Positions 24,231 through 35,999 of a stretch of DNA of 64,000 bases are shown here, piece after piece. The notes under the pieces were generated by a model that made no database searches, was not told where the DNA came from, and saw nothing but the letters and a program-made list of their open reading frames with translations. Both the position numbers and the translations under genes were made by a program. Source of the DNA: Stramenopiles sp. TOSAG23-2 (lineage: Eukaryota); assembly GCA_900128395.1 (NCBI GenBank), contig LT649236.1, positions 1 to 64,000 on the forward strand, read 5' to 3'. How positions within the stretch are numbered: position 1 is the first letter of the stretch; each line of letters begins with the position of its first letter.

Positions 24231-24709
24231 TAATTTGTTTTTATGATTTTGAAGGCTTCTTTTTAATAAAATACTATTATTATAATAAATATGAATGCGG
24301 GGGTTTAATTAAATACGAATTCGTAAAAAATATAAAATTTGAAAAAGAAAAAATCGGGAGAAGAGAGAATTTTTAAATTTAAAATATTAATATACATGAT
24401 TCATGTTTTTTACGATATATTTTTTTAAAATTTCCCTCTCTCACACACCTCTCGCACTGCTCCGGTCTTTGAGATTATCATATAATAAAAAATGTATTTT
24501 CTCTCTCGTCTTTTTTATTATTTTTAGGAAAAATGCTTTACAGTATTAACTTTTTATCAGTGAAATTACAATTTTGTTCTCCCTTTTTTTTCCATTTTCT
24601 TGTCAATTTTTTATAAATATTTGCTGTCAAACGTAGTAAATGGTTCATAATCGTGTTTAAAAATGAAGTGTGATTAAGACTATTATTTATGCCATACATT
24701 ATATTAAAT

Positions 24710-25270
24710 TTATATCAAATCACTTGCGTCGTTCATTGTACCATACATACTGCGTCCTTGGCCACCAGCCATACTACGTTTCATTTTTCTCTTTTGGAAT
24801 TTTTTAAATTCACGTTCTGCATTTGTTTCTACATTTGGTACCTCAACAACACCACGAGCAGCTTCTAATATTTCCAGACGAATTCGTCGGTCATCTTTTA
24901 TTTTTAATAATCTTTCAGCGCGTCTTCCACGTTCTAACGTTTCATGGCGCTTCTTTTGTACACGTCGTCGCATTTCTGCTTCTTCTTTCATTCTTAGTTC
25001 CTCTGCCCTTTCAGCATTTTTGAACTCTTGCAAAATAATAGATACTTTACCTTTTGCCTTATCTAAGTCAACTACTCGTCCTTCTGAATCTATTAATCCT
25101 AAATTTGCAAGATGCGATTGTATCCTACGGTTTTCAAAATGATGTCTTAAATTCTTATCGTACAATCCGTTATATTTGGGTAATTTTGTCAAGCCAAATC
25201 GCATATCGAATTGCTTTTCCCTTTCCTTCATTTTTTTTTGATATGCTCGTCTTTTTGCTTTTTTCGACAT
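24710..25270 (-). CDS. ERICH3 N-terminal-like coiled-coil protein, probably cilia-associated
   Basis: KYNGLYDKNLRHHFENRRIQSHLANLGLIDSEGRVV resembles the YNSL.D.HL..YF....IR.HL...GLI...G.I motif of the ERICH3 N-terminus, followed by a charged helix. Confidence 0.7.
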   Translation of the reverse strand: MSKKAKRRAYQKKMKEREKQFDMRFGLTKLPKYNGLYDKNLRHHFENRRIQSHLANLGLIDSEGRVVDLDKAKGKVSIILQEFKNAERAEELRMKEEAEMRRRVQKKRHETLERGRRAERLLKIKDDRRIRLEILEAARGVVEVPNVETNAEREFKKFQKRKMKRSMAGGQGRSMYGTMNDASDLI

Positions 25271-25879
25271 GTTACTATATTCTTATATTTTACACAAGTT
25301 TTAAATTTTTAATTCTCTTCTTGTTTTTTTTTCTTTCTCGTCGTACAATCGTATTGATAATATACAATGTCGTTCAATGATATTGGATATTTAATCTTTG
25401 TATATATATATAACATATATATAAGTAAATGTGTTGTTAATCCATCTATTTTACTTTTCTCGTTCCAACTAAATATATTGTTCACACATAGTTCAATATC
25501 TTCGTGTTTTGTTGTATTTATTATTTAATTACGACGCGCATTATATTTTAACAGCCACATACCATTGATGGCGAGCTATTCCAAAATATTGATAAATCTT
25601 ACCGTTGTGTTTTCATATTTTAGCAGTGAAATAGGCCGTTATCCACATTACATACTAATAGCTCTACATGTGATATTTTATATTGTTGCAACGAAGGCCA
25701 ATAATATAAATGTATAATGTATGATACAAATATACGAGGAGCTTAATGGAGATGAAGAAATACAACCTTGATAATATAGTTATATACAATTAATATAGAA
25801 TATTTCGTTTGTTGTATTTTGTGTAGTTTTTATTCGTTTCTGATATACATAGAGGGAGAACAAAACAAATCAATACGAG

Positions 25880-28723
25880 ATGTCATCGTCGTTTTCCAAT
25901 TACCCATTAGAAGGGGATGGAGTGATTGATAATTTATTTTACTATTTATGGATGAAAGATGAGTTAGATCAAGGACCGAAAATAAATATACCTGATACAA
26001 TTATATACAAATATAGGCAACCAGCATATTGGTATTTTACAGCTAAAAATGGGCAAGTGAAACGAAAGAGTAAATATAATTTAATGAATGTTAGGATCGA
26101 GGAAACATTTAATCGTAATACAATGGGTTCTGATATTATTGCCTATTATTTAACGACAGATGAGAAAACTGGGGAGGTAACTATTGAATATTTTGATAAG
26201 TTGCAATTTCATGATTTTTTATATAACCGTGAAAAAGTTAACAATGGTATTGTACAAAAGTTTATCGAACCAAAGGGCACAAATAATTCAATGATACGCG
26301 CAATTTGGTCCCCAAAAGTATGTTTGCTAGAACGCAGGGTGAATGTACATAAATTGCACGATACCAGACGTTTTGGTATGTATGAACGTGCTGTTACATA
26401 TGAAGGCCCAGAAGTGAATAGCCAAACTGCACCAGTACGTGGTTCTATTTTACCAAGTCAAGTGCAACGGTTATGCAGTTCCTTAGTAAATCATGTTGCA
26501 GAAGTTAGTTTTCAAAAACATAAAATTAAGCGAATGGCTGTTAATTTAAAAGTTGATCCAAATGACAGAATATGGTTCATGTGGTGCAGTTCATGTCGGG
26601 TTGAGCATACGGGTAATATGTCCCCTAGATCACGTAGTATGAAAAATAAAAATTTACAATCAGCATCTGTTAATATCGATGCATTGATGAAAGTTCCAAA
26701 AAATGTACGTATACAAAACATATCATTGCAACCTGGTAAAAAAATGATACCAGCTGGCTCTGTAAAATTGTTCGATTGCCCAAGTTGCGGCCGTTCAGTA
26801 CAGCCAGAGTTAAAACACACCGTGAATTATAAAGTAGTAGTTGGACATTTTGATCAATTGTTAATGGTAATGGGAGCTGGACAATTTGGTGGGGATCCGA
26901 GGCAATTGGCATGGCCACCGGATCCAGAGGTAATTTCTGCACTTGGTGGTGTCGGTTTAGGCGGTGCGGAAGGCCCATTTGGTAAAAAATTACATGGAAA
27001 TGGTCATCACCACCACCATCATCATGGTCCTCCACCAATGCCACCTAATGAAGATTTAGAAATTCCACCTGTTTTAAGATTAACTCATCCAAAAATGACA
27101 TGTAACGAGTACAAACGTTATCGTAGGGATCCATTGTTTTTATATAAACAATTGTATGTATGTGAGGATTGTTGGTTAGTATATGCTGAAACATCTGAAG
27201 AAAACGGACAAACAAATGCCCAAGCAAATGCTTCTAGGGTACCATTTGCCAGGCGTATTTCTCCATTATCACGTCACCAACGTTCGATGAAAGAGTCATT
27301 GCATGAATCGAAACATAGCTCAAGTCGATCACGTAGCAAAAGCAAACGGAGATCGAGGAAAAAATATAATACCGTAGGTGGTGGAAGCGTAAGTGGCTTG
27401 CATCAATTGAATAGACCAGCGCCAGATTTACCAAGGCGCATAACAATAGAAGATATAAATGCGCAAGGTCGTGGAAATGGTAATGAAAGCGTATTGGAAC
27501 AAATTGCTAGACAAGGATTTGGTGGCGGAGGGTATGATTCTAATGGTGGCTTACCACCGGCTACACCGGAGGAGTGGGCTCAATCACAGGCATTAGCACA
27601 AAGTGGAGTACCACCACCAACACAATTAGAAGCAGTACCAGAAGCATTTAGACAAACATTACAAGAAAGAGAAGATGCATTTTTCCGTGAATTATACCAA
27701 AATCCAAATTTGCAGCGTGGCCATCCATTGAGCCATATGGTTGTTGGTGCAGCAAAAATACGCGCTCACCAACAGCAAATGGCGGAGTATCAGCAATCCT
27801 TGGCAGCTGAATTTGGTGAGCAAGCTACAGGCATTGCTGCCTCTACGTTGCAATCAATGTCACAACCATCACTTGGTGCGCCATCACAAGGTTCGTTGCA
27901 GCAAAAGCCTCCCCTTCATGGTTCATCTAGTTTACCATCGGGTCTTGATGGTGGCGATAGCGATTTGCCTCCTGGTGGTGTATTGGGCGCACATTCGCCT
28001 TATGCGAAATTACAAAAATTAGGACCTCCGCCCCGAGGTATGGCACAAGTTGTAAAAAAGGGGGGTAAAAAGAAGGCCATGTCAGCTAGCCAAAGTCAAC
28101 TTAGCACTGCTCCATCTAGTAGTGGCGTTAGAAAGAAAAGTAGTAAAAAAAAGAAGAAATCTCGTCCTGGTGCCCATGGAAGTCGCCAGCGACGCGTGCC
28201 AATGGATGGTGGCGGCGTCAAAAGTGTACAATTGTCCGAAGAAGATCTATCAGCATCAGCTGCTTCGCATCGCGACTTCTTGTTGCAAACTTTGCATAAT
28301 GTTCGCAACCAATTGGCAAATCCATCACCACTTATCGTGAGTGGTTTAGCAGTAGATGAAAGTATGTACGAAGAAGATGATATGATGAATAATATAAATA
28401 GTGGCTCCTCGATACATATGCCTCAAGTACAGATAACGGGTGATATGTCTATTGAAAATCCTGAAGAAATTGTTGATAGAAGTGCTGCTTTAGTATTACG
28501 TGTATTTGATTTAGTTGATCCAGAACATGATGGTAAAGTTAAAAAATTAGACTTTTTAAAAGGTGTACAGACTCCTGAGGTACAAGAAGCGATACGTACA
28601 CATCCGCAATTTTCTGCACTACTTCATACACACACTTACAGAGATGCATTGCTAGCTATTGAGACAAAAGATGGCAAATATATCAACGTTCAAGAGATCA
28701 CCCGATTTGCAAATAGCTTATAA
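25880..28723 (+). CDS. conserved-looking hypothetical protein: ATP-grasp-like N-terminal domain, Cys pairs, disordered region, C-terminal EF-hand-like motif
   Basis: 947-aa ORF. Motifs NIPDTIIY, GIVQKFIEP, IRAIW, NLKVDPNDRIWF; CPSC and CEDC; FDLVDPEHDGKVKKLDF. Confidence 0.85.
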   Translation: MSSSFSNYPLEGDGVIDNLFYYLWMKDELDQGPKINIPDTIIYKYRQPAYWYFTAKNGQVKRKSKYNLMNVRIEETFNRNTMGSDIIAYYLTTDEKTGEVTIEYFDKLQFHDFLYNREKVNNGIVQKFIEPKGTNNSMIRAIWSPKVCLLERRVNVHKLHDTRRFGMYERAVTYEGPEVNSQTAPVRGSILPSQVQRLCSSLVNHVAEVSFQKHKIKRMAVNLKVDPNDRIWFMWCSSCRVEHTGNMSPRSRSMKNKNLQSASVNIDALMKVPKNVRIQNISLQPGKKMIPAGSVKLFDCPSCGRSVQPELKHTVNYKVVVGHFDQLLMVMGAGQFGGDPRQLAWPPDPEVISALGGVGLGGAEGPFGKKLHGNGHHHHHHHGPPPMPPNEDLEIPPVLRLTHPKMTCNEYKRYRRDPLFLYKQLYVCEDCWLVYAETSEENGQTNAQANASRVPFARRISPLSRHQRSMKESLHESKHSSSRSRSKSKRRSRKKYNTVGGGSVSGLHQLNRPAPDLPRRITIEDINAQGRGNGNESVLEQIARQGFGGGGYDSNGGLPPATPEEWAQSQALAQSGVPPPTQLEAVPEAFRQTLQEREDAFFRELYQNPNLQRGHPLSHMVVGAAKIRAHQQQMAEYQQSLAAEFGEQATGIAASTLQSMSQPSLGAPSQGSLQQKPPLHGSSSLPSGLDGGDSDLPPGGVLGAHSPYAKLQKLGPPPRGMAQVVKKGGKKKAMSASQSQLSTAPSSSGVRKKSSKKKKKSRPGAHGSRQRRVPMDGGGVKSVQLSEEDLSASAASHRDFLLQTLHNVRNQLANPSPLIVSGLAVDESMYEEDDMMNNINSGSSIHMPQVQITGDMSIENPEEIVDRSAALVLRVFDLVDPEHDGKVKKLDFLKGVQTPEVQEAIRTHPQFSALLHTHTYRDALLAIETKDGKYINVQEITRFANSL

Positions 28724-29352
28724 AATCTTATTTTTTACGAGAGAGCATATGTACATTTATTTTAATTTAAAAAAAATAAAAATATCAGTATGATATGCAT
28801 ACCGATCGGTATCATATATCAATATCATATTATTATAATTTTTAATTTACGCGGCATAGCTATTATAATGCATGTGTATATATTATATATCTTATGATGC
28901 ATATAATATGATACTCTTATCATATGATATTATAATTAACTTTTTAATTTACGCACATAATTACGTATTTACGAATTCGTAGCTAATTTAATACGAATAC
29001 TCGTAATTTCTACGAAGTACAAAAAAATATGAATAAATTATGCGTAAATTAAATTATTTATATTTGTTATACGAAGTACAGTAACACAATAACTGAGACA
29101 ATAATATCTACTTCGTACGTATCTCACATCTCACACTATCATAGGTGGCATATATATATACATTAATTTAATACTCTAATCGTACGAATAATAGTATTAT
29201 ATATATATATCATATTAATATATGATATAATATGTGTCATATCATACGTATGTTACATATATATTATTGATATATATAAGCGATAATATGTATATTTTAA
29301 CATCATATCCATATATATATGCAAGCCCCTGCATTGTGTGGTGTTCTATTAT

Positions 29353-30579
29353 CTATATGTTTTGTCGGTTATGGTTTAATGGTACAGCTTGTACAACAAC
29401 TCCTTGTTGCATCCCCAAATGTGCATTTGAATTTATCGAGGTTTGCTGTTGCATCATCATATTATTTTGATTTGGGCTAAAAGCAACTGGCTGCATTGGA
29501 TTTTGTTGATTACCATACACAACGGGATTATTATTGTAAGCAACTGGTTGCATTGCACTTCCTTGTTGGTTATAAGCAACAGGTTGCATTTGTTGATTTG
29601 GAACCACCATTTGAACTTGTCCCTTTTGTATTTGTGGTTGCATCAATTGCCCTTGAACAATATGTGGCGAACTTTGACCTTGAACAAGCTGCCCAGTTTG
29701 ATGTCTGACCATTGCTGGAGGAGTATTTTTTTGTTGTTGTCCACAACAGAGGGCTCTAACAGCAACATATATACAGCCACAGATGCAACAACAACAAAAC
29801 ATATAAAAAAGAATTATAATAATAATTGCTATCGCTGGTAAAGAGCAATCATCGCTACAATAGCCATCCCTGCAGCACAGACATTCTCCACTTCCTTCTT
29901 CTACATCTTTTGTTCCATTTTCAGTTTTAAGCTTACAAATTACCGAACGTGCACTTTTACATACACATTGGTCAGCTCCATGACAATTTTGCTGGTTTGT
30001 GGTATTTAAATTAAAATGTACTTGATTATTTGTGCAGTAGCAACCATATGGTAAATTCGGATTGCCACTTTCGTCTGCAACAATTTTTTGCCTATTAGAC
30101 CGGCTACCGCATCCATCAGTAATTGTCCTTGCGGCCTTCAAGCATTCACTTTTTGATACAATATGGTGTCTTTTTCCGCATGTTGCTCCTTCTTTTACGA
30201 TATAAAAAGGATCTCGAGTCTCGCAAAGGCAATATTCGTCCACACAATCATTTGACTCGCCGTCAGATTCTAAGTTTAAAGTTACTATTCCACCTTTCAC
30301 GCTGTCAGATTCTATTGCTTTTGAACAATAACACCCTGCTGGTTCATTCATTTCACGTTGTACCATAACATTATTGTCTGACGTTCCACTTTTCTTCATA
30401 CAATACCCTGTATTTATTCTTGCGTCGTCACAGTCATGTGTAGAAGTGATTTTATCAGTAAACTCACATCTTGCTTGAGATCCATGCACCATGTAATAGT
30501 TTCTTGATGCATTACACGTATTTAAAATAAAATTTATCGTCAACACTAACAACAACAAGATGCTTGCCCATTTTTTCAT
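29353..30579 (-). CDS. single-pass membrane protein with two Cys-rich extracellular repeats and Gln-rich QPVAY tail
   Basis: Signal peptide MKKWASILLLLVL; two repeats I.S..(D/E)C..A...P.GCYC...(L/F)N...C...C.C; TM helix followed by CCCCICGC; cytoplasmic MQPVA(Y/F) repeats. Confidence 0.88.
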   Translation of the reverse strand: MKKWASILLLLVLTINFILNTCNASRNYYMVHGSQARCEFTDKITSTHDCDDARINTGYCMKKSGTSDNNVMVQREMNEPAGCYCSKAIESDSVKGGIVTLNLESDGESNDCVDEYCLCETRDPFYIVKEGATCGKRHHIVSKSECLKAARTITDGCGSRSNRQKIVADESGNPNLPYGCYCTNNQVHFNLNTTNQQNCHGADQCVCKSARSVICKLKTENGTKDVEEGSGECLCCRDGYCSDDCSLPAIAIIIIILFYMFCCCCICGCIYVAVRALCCGQQQKNTPPAMVRHQTGQLVQGQSSPHIVQGQLMQPQIQKGQVQMVVPNQQMQPVAYNQQGSAMQPVAYNNNPVVYGNQQNPMQPVAFSPNQNNMMMQQQTSINSNAHLGMQQGVVVQAVPLNHNRQNI

Positions 30580-31276
30580 GATTATAGATGATAGAAATTA
30601 ATGAATGATACCAAAAAAAAGAACCTATTTTTATTATGTATAAATACTGTATGTGTGTCATGCCTTCTACTTCCCCTTCTTCTTTATAGTTGCTTTAATG
30701 GTACAGTCGTCTACTAATTATCTAGACGACTATAAATTGTACGTGTGCGTGTACGGTCGGCGGTTTTTTTTAGCTATTTTAAAAAATACGCTCCGATGGT
30801 AGGCGAAGATGAGGGGATCGAGTAGCTGCTAGCTAGCTAGGGCTGTCCAAGCCTGGCCAGGCTGGCCCAGCTGGCTTACTCGATGTCCTCCTCTTTATTA
30901 GTGAATTATACTGTATGAGACGACGAGGATAATTAACAACACTGATGTAATCTATTACTACTGTATTCTAACTATCTATAGGTCCTAGACTTTTTTCAAG
31001 GAAAAAAACACCAGGCCAGCAGGGTGAAAACACTGATGTATTATAATTTATATGTAACAACAACTGTTATATTTTATTACTAGTACTACTGGTACTCCTG
31101 TATATATTTGTTATTGCTCTACCAGTCTACTGGAAAAATTCTTATATATATATATAAAAATCCAATACACTATACAACCGGTGATTATTTTTCTTGCAGT
31201 TTTAATAAAAGTTATTAAAAAAGTTGTATGTAAAAGCATACATTGTAATACTTATAATCAACTTTTTACAAACAAT

Positions 31277-34200
31277 ATGGATAATGTTGCATACATACAG
31301 TTGCCGAATGATTTATTACAGTTGCGTTTGCAATTGAAAAATAAAATGAAATATATACAGAAACAACGTAAGCAACGACATCCAAATATTAAAATTCCAC
31401 CTAAATCACCAATTCGACCATCGTCGATAACTTCGCCTTCACAACGCCAAAATAGACCATCATCTGCTTCACCAACAAGACCCTCCCCACGACTTTCTTT
31501 CAATAGAACCAGGCGTAGAAAATTGTATAAAAATATCGCTCGGCCACAAACTGCTAGAATACGTGCGAAACCGAATATAGTTTCAATGATGAACAATAGA
31601 AACAACAACAACAATAAGACATTTGAAAGTAACAGTGATATTAATGTTAGCAATGATAACCACAGCAATAGAAGTTATTCTTCACCTAAAACATCTACCA
31701 ATTCACCACGTCGGGGTGTATATTTACAAAATGAATTGAGTATAAAAGCTAGTATGTTGACAAGTAATAGGAAAATAAAATCAGGATTACTCTCAAAAAG
31801 AACGCATGAAAAATTAGACAAGACAAGCAAAATAAGGAAGGAAAAAAGAATCAATTCAATTAAATCGAAAACAGAGTATTTAATGCAACAATATTTAACA
31901 AACGATACGAGCAAAATGGGCTTGCAAAATTCGCATGGTGGTTATATGGAGACAGGTAATGTAAAATTTAGTGTGCAGTGGATTATAGAGCAGACAGGAT
32001 TAACACCTTCAGAAGTCGATACATTAATTGAGGATGAAGTTGAATCATCTGTCATCATGTCCAATATGAAGTCAAAAATAACATCAAAAATTGCGTGTTG
32101 CTTATGCTTAAATGGTTTAGAAAAATTAGGAGACGATTTGCCACAGTATGCAAAATTTTTACAAACAGCAAGGCGTGTACTATCATCCAGTATATTTGAA
32201 GGCGATTATGAAGAAACCCATCACCATAATTCAAATAGACCAGATGTCATGAATAATAATTATAATGATACAGAAAGAAGAAATAATAATAAAATATCTG
32301 ATAAATTAATGTATAAAACTGCAAATGATATACTAAGAGATGAAAATGATGAATTGAGGGCAAGAATACGGCAATTAGAGTCTGAATCCCAGATGAACCC
32401 ACAAACATTGATACTAGAAAAAATGGAACAAATAACAGAAGATCAACGCAAAACATTGTTTACTAGATTTGCAAACAATTATTCCGATGAATATGCTTCC
32501 TCATTATCATCTCAAACGAATCAAACTGCGTTGAAAAAATATCATTATGCATCCTGGTATCGTTTAAACAATGTAAGCAAGAAAGAAGTGCTGTTAAGAG
32601 CACTGAAAAGTGATAGAGAAACAATACGAGAGGTCTTACTTACAGAACCTCATTTTTTATATCGAACCATGCTTGTTCGAAATGGGGAATTGCTGCATTC
32701 GTTTTTATGGGAACATATGGACAGTCTATGCAACACAATTTTGAAAAGTCAAGAGTTATTTAATTTGTTCTGTAATAAGAAGGGGAAAATATTATGTTCA
32801 AAAGTCCTTAATTTATTTTCTTCAGATACGAAAATATTTTGGGAAGGAAATAGAAATTGGGAGAAAATTCTAAAATTTGCTAAACGTGTCTTGTTGACCG
32901 ATCCATATGTCGCATTAGACGCATTTAAAGCGGATGCGGGTTTATTTGCAGATATCTTTTTAGAAAACCATTTCTTGTTTATTGATTTAGTTGGAGCTCA
33001 TCCGGTGTTGTTACAATCACTCTTCAGTAGTGAAGGCACTGATGTTGTAAATACATGTATTTACAAATTTCCAGAAATTTTAGATACTGTCTTAAATTCT
33101 AGCAGCTTTGCTAGTGCTGTTGCTAAGCGCGATGATACTGAATTTATCAAAATGGTTTTGGAAGTTTTATCTACAAAAGTCCTTGAATACTTTCAAGAAA
33201 GTAAGTTTTATACCTTTATCAATCTTCTCTCGCTCCTCATAAAATAGTTGTCTCTAACACATCCACAATACATTTTCATAAAGATCCGGAAAATTTTGCG
33301 CAATTAATATTGCAACGACCAAAATTATTAATTGATGCAGAAAAACAAACAGATGGTTCCTTAATTTGTCATGTTGCGCAATTTGAACCACTGTTATTTA
33401 CGAAAAATGTGCCATTTTTAAAAATGCTGAATTTAACGGTATTGAATAAAAGAAAGACTATTACAACTCAAACTGATAGCAAACAATATAATCAATTTGC
33501 ATCTAGCATTATCCCTAGTAGGCCATCTCAACCTCTTACCTTTTTCCATTGGTTATCAGATAATAATAACAACAACAACAACAACAATAACAAATCACAA
33601 CAACAGAGAAGAAGAAGCAGCATGGGGGGAAAAGACAACTATAAATGGTGGCCCGATTCGCAGTTAAACAGTGCTATTTTAGAAATTTATACTGCTAAAA
33701 TTCGTGCAAATCGCGCTGACCGCAATTTGGGATATCCTTTCGATAGCATGGCAGACTTTATCTTAGATCATTTTTCTTTATGTGGTAAACAAAGCAAAGC
33801 TGGGATGAGGAAAGTTCAAGAATTGTTGGTAAGTGTGCAACGTTTTAATACTAAAACTATACCAAAACGTATATTTTGGTTTGGTATCGTGACTGGAATT
33901 ATCGAAACGGATATGTTTCGATTTAATGATTGTGCTGGTGATATTTTGTTGGAAGTACTAGAATTAATATTTCCACATGAAGACGAGATTATATCTAAAA
34001 TGAACGACCATCAAATTATATATGTAATCAGATACGATAAAGCTATTGACATTGCAAAACATTTTTTTACTTCATCAAATGCTTTTCTGGAAAGTGACGT
34101 AGAGTTTGTCTTATCAAAATTAAAAAATCTAGCTAGAACTGCAAAGGCCTTACCAAACACTGCGCGTATGGACAATATCGATCGTGGTAGTAAAACAGAA

Positions 34201-34503
34201 CGATATGTCAATGTAGATGATGTTATACATCATATTATGACAGTATGGTACGAAGTTGAAAACAGGGAACACGAAACCATTTTAAACTTATTTCATGATG
34301 CAGATGCTAATAAAAATGGTTTGCTAGATATAAAAGAATTTGAGGCAATTGTAAATAAAATTGTTGAACCAAATATTGATAGACGGACGATGTTGAAATT
34401 ATTCCGGCAAGGCGGATACGAAAATATTAAAGGTGAAATTGAATTACCCCCTGAAGATTTTGCCACCATTTTGAAAAAGTTTATGCAAACTAGGAAAAGC
34501 TAG
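31277..34503 (+). CDS. EF-hand protein, exons 31277-33200 and 33284-34503, ~1047 aa
   Basis: Track ORFs 31181-33247 and 33310-34503 join in frame across phase-1 intron 33201-33283 (GTAAGT..CTAAC..AAG) as FQE-N-PENFAQLILQRP. C-terminal EF-hand DANKNGLLDIKE. Confidence 0.85.
33201..33283 (+). other. spliceosomal intron (83 nt)
   Basis: GTAAGT at 33201, CTAAC near 33254, AG at 33282-33283; restores the frame. Confidence 0.88.
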
Positions 34504-34804
34504 AGATTATGAATTTTATTATATGATCTATGCAATATTAATATATGATATATGCATATCATACGAGCGAGCAAATAAAAATACGAAGTAGCATATTAAA
34601 ACGCATATAAATATAAGAACACGTATGATATATGGTAATCATATGATATGATATTTGCCGCAGTTGGTATGATATGATATGCTATACGAATATCATATAT
34701 ATATCATATCATATATCATATATATCATATGCATATGTTAAACAAACTTCGTACGAAGTAATTGGTATCCATATTAACATCAAGTATTAGTTGGCTATTC
34801 TTTA

Positions 34805-35431
34805 CTACGGCGAGTATTTATCTTCCTCAACAACGTCTTCTTGTTCAACAACTTGAAAAAAAATTTCTGCGTCCACTATTTTTCGATTGTCAGTATTTAG
34901 TTTTGATAATTCAACTTGGATTTTCACCCACGTTGTGACTTCTTCAAAATGTACATCTTTCATACCTCTGCCCCTTTTTATGTATATAGTATGACAATCA
35001 GGCAAATTTTTATTTACATCTTCTATATTATAATTGTTATCATCGCAGAAACATACAGTTGTGGCATCTTGAATATTACAAGCAGCCATCAATTGTTTTA
35101 TCCAGTTTGATTTTGTTGGTGCTTCTGTACTAGAGTTTTCTTCTAAATTATCCCATCCTAATATTTCAAAAAAGTAATGCTTCAAATGTTGTAATGCTTT
35201 CTCTATAATATATGATCTATTAAAACTCAAGACCGCTGTTGCAAATCCCATTTCCTCCACAGTCTGTAACATTGCTTCAATCTTATCTTTTCTCACCTTG
35301 CCTCCGAAGACATGTTTGATTGGATCAGTCAGATGATACTCTCCAATGTCGGTATGAGCAATTGTTTCATCAAAGTCAAACACTATAAGACCAAAAGGGT
35401 GTTGAGGTCCATCTCTCGGTCGACCTGACAT
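34805..35431 (-). CDS. HAD-superfamily hydrolase/phosphatase
   Basis: Motif I LIVFDFDETI, motif II VLSFN, Lys in PTKS, motif IV FCDDNNYN. Confidence 0.88.
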   Translation of the reverse strand: MSGRPRDGPQHPFGLIVFDFDETIAHTDIGEYHLTDPIKHVFGGKVRKDKIEAMLQTVEEMGFATAVLSFNRSYIIEKALQHLKHYFFEILGWDNLEENSSTEAPTKSNWIKQLMAACNIQDATTVCFCDDNNYNIEDVNKNLPDCHTIYIKRGRGMKDVHFEEVTTWVKIQVELSKLNTDNRKIVDAEIFFQVVEQEDVVEEDKYSP

Positions 35432-35799
35432 ATTTTTTTGGTATTTCTTTAGAATTTGTATTGACTGTTTATACGGAGAGGGGGGGAGATATTATATTAA
35501 ATACTTTCTTTATAATGTATTACCATATATATGTTGCATAGTATGTAAACTGGTATAAAGTTATTATTGTTGCTATTATTGCCTGGATTGCTGATGTACA
35601 TTATAATATTACCTGGTATAATATAATATAGTAATAGTAGCTACTATTACTAATACTACACGAGGCGCACCTCCTCGTACAACACGCAAGAAGCCTGGTA
35701 TAGGGAGAGCTATTAGCTTGTTTTCCTTGTCAGCAGGTATAGGGCTGGCAAAAGAGAGGAATCTGGAATCACGGAAAATATACTAATATTACGTACTGT

Positions 35800-35999
35800 A
35801 TATTTATTTGTACAGCAATGCTACACTCACAATTTACTATTTGAAGGACCCAATGGAGGAAAGGGAAATTCTGGTTCCTCCATTGATAAATGTAGCCCAA
35901 TATTTATTTGTACAGCAATGCTACACTCACAATTTACTATTTGAAGGACCCAATGGAGGAAAGGGAAATTCTGGTTCCTCCATTGATAAATGTAGCCCA
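35800..35999. repeat. perfect 100-bp tandem duplication covering the 3' end of the START-like gene
   Basis: 35800-35899 is identical to 35900-35999. Confidence 0.95.
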
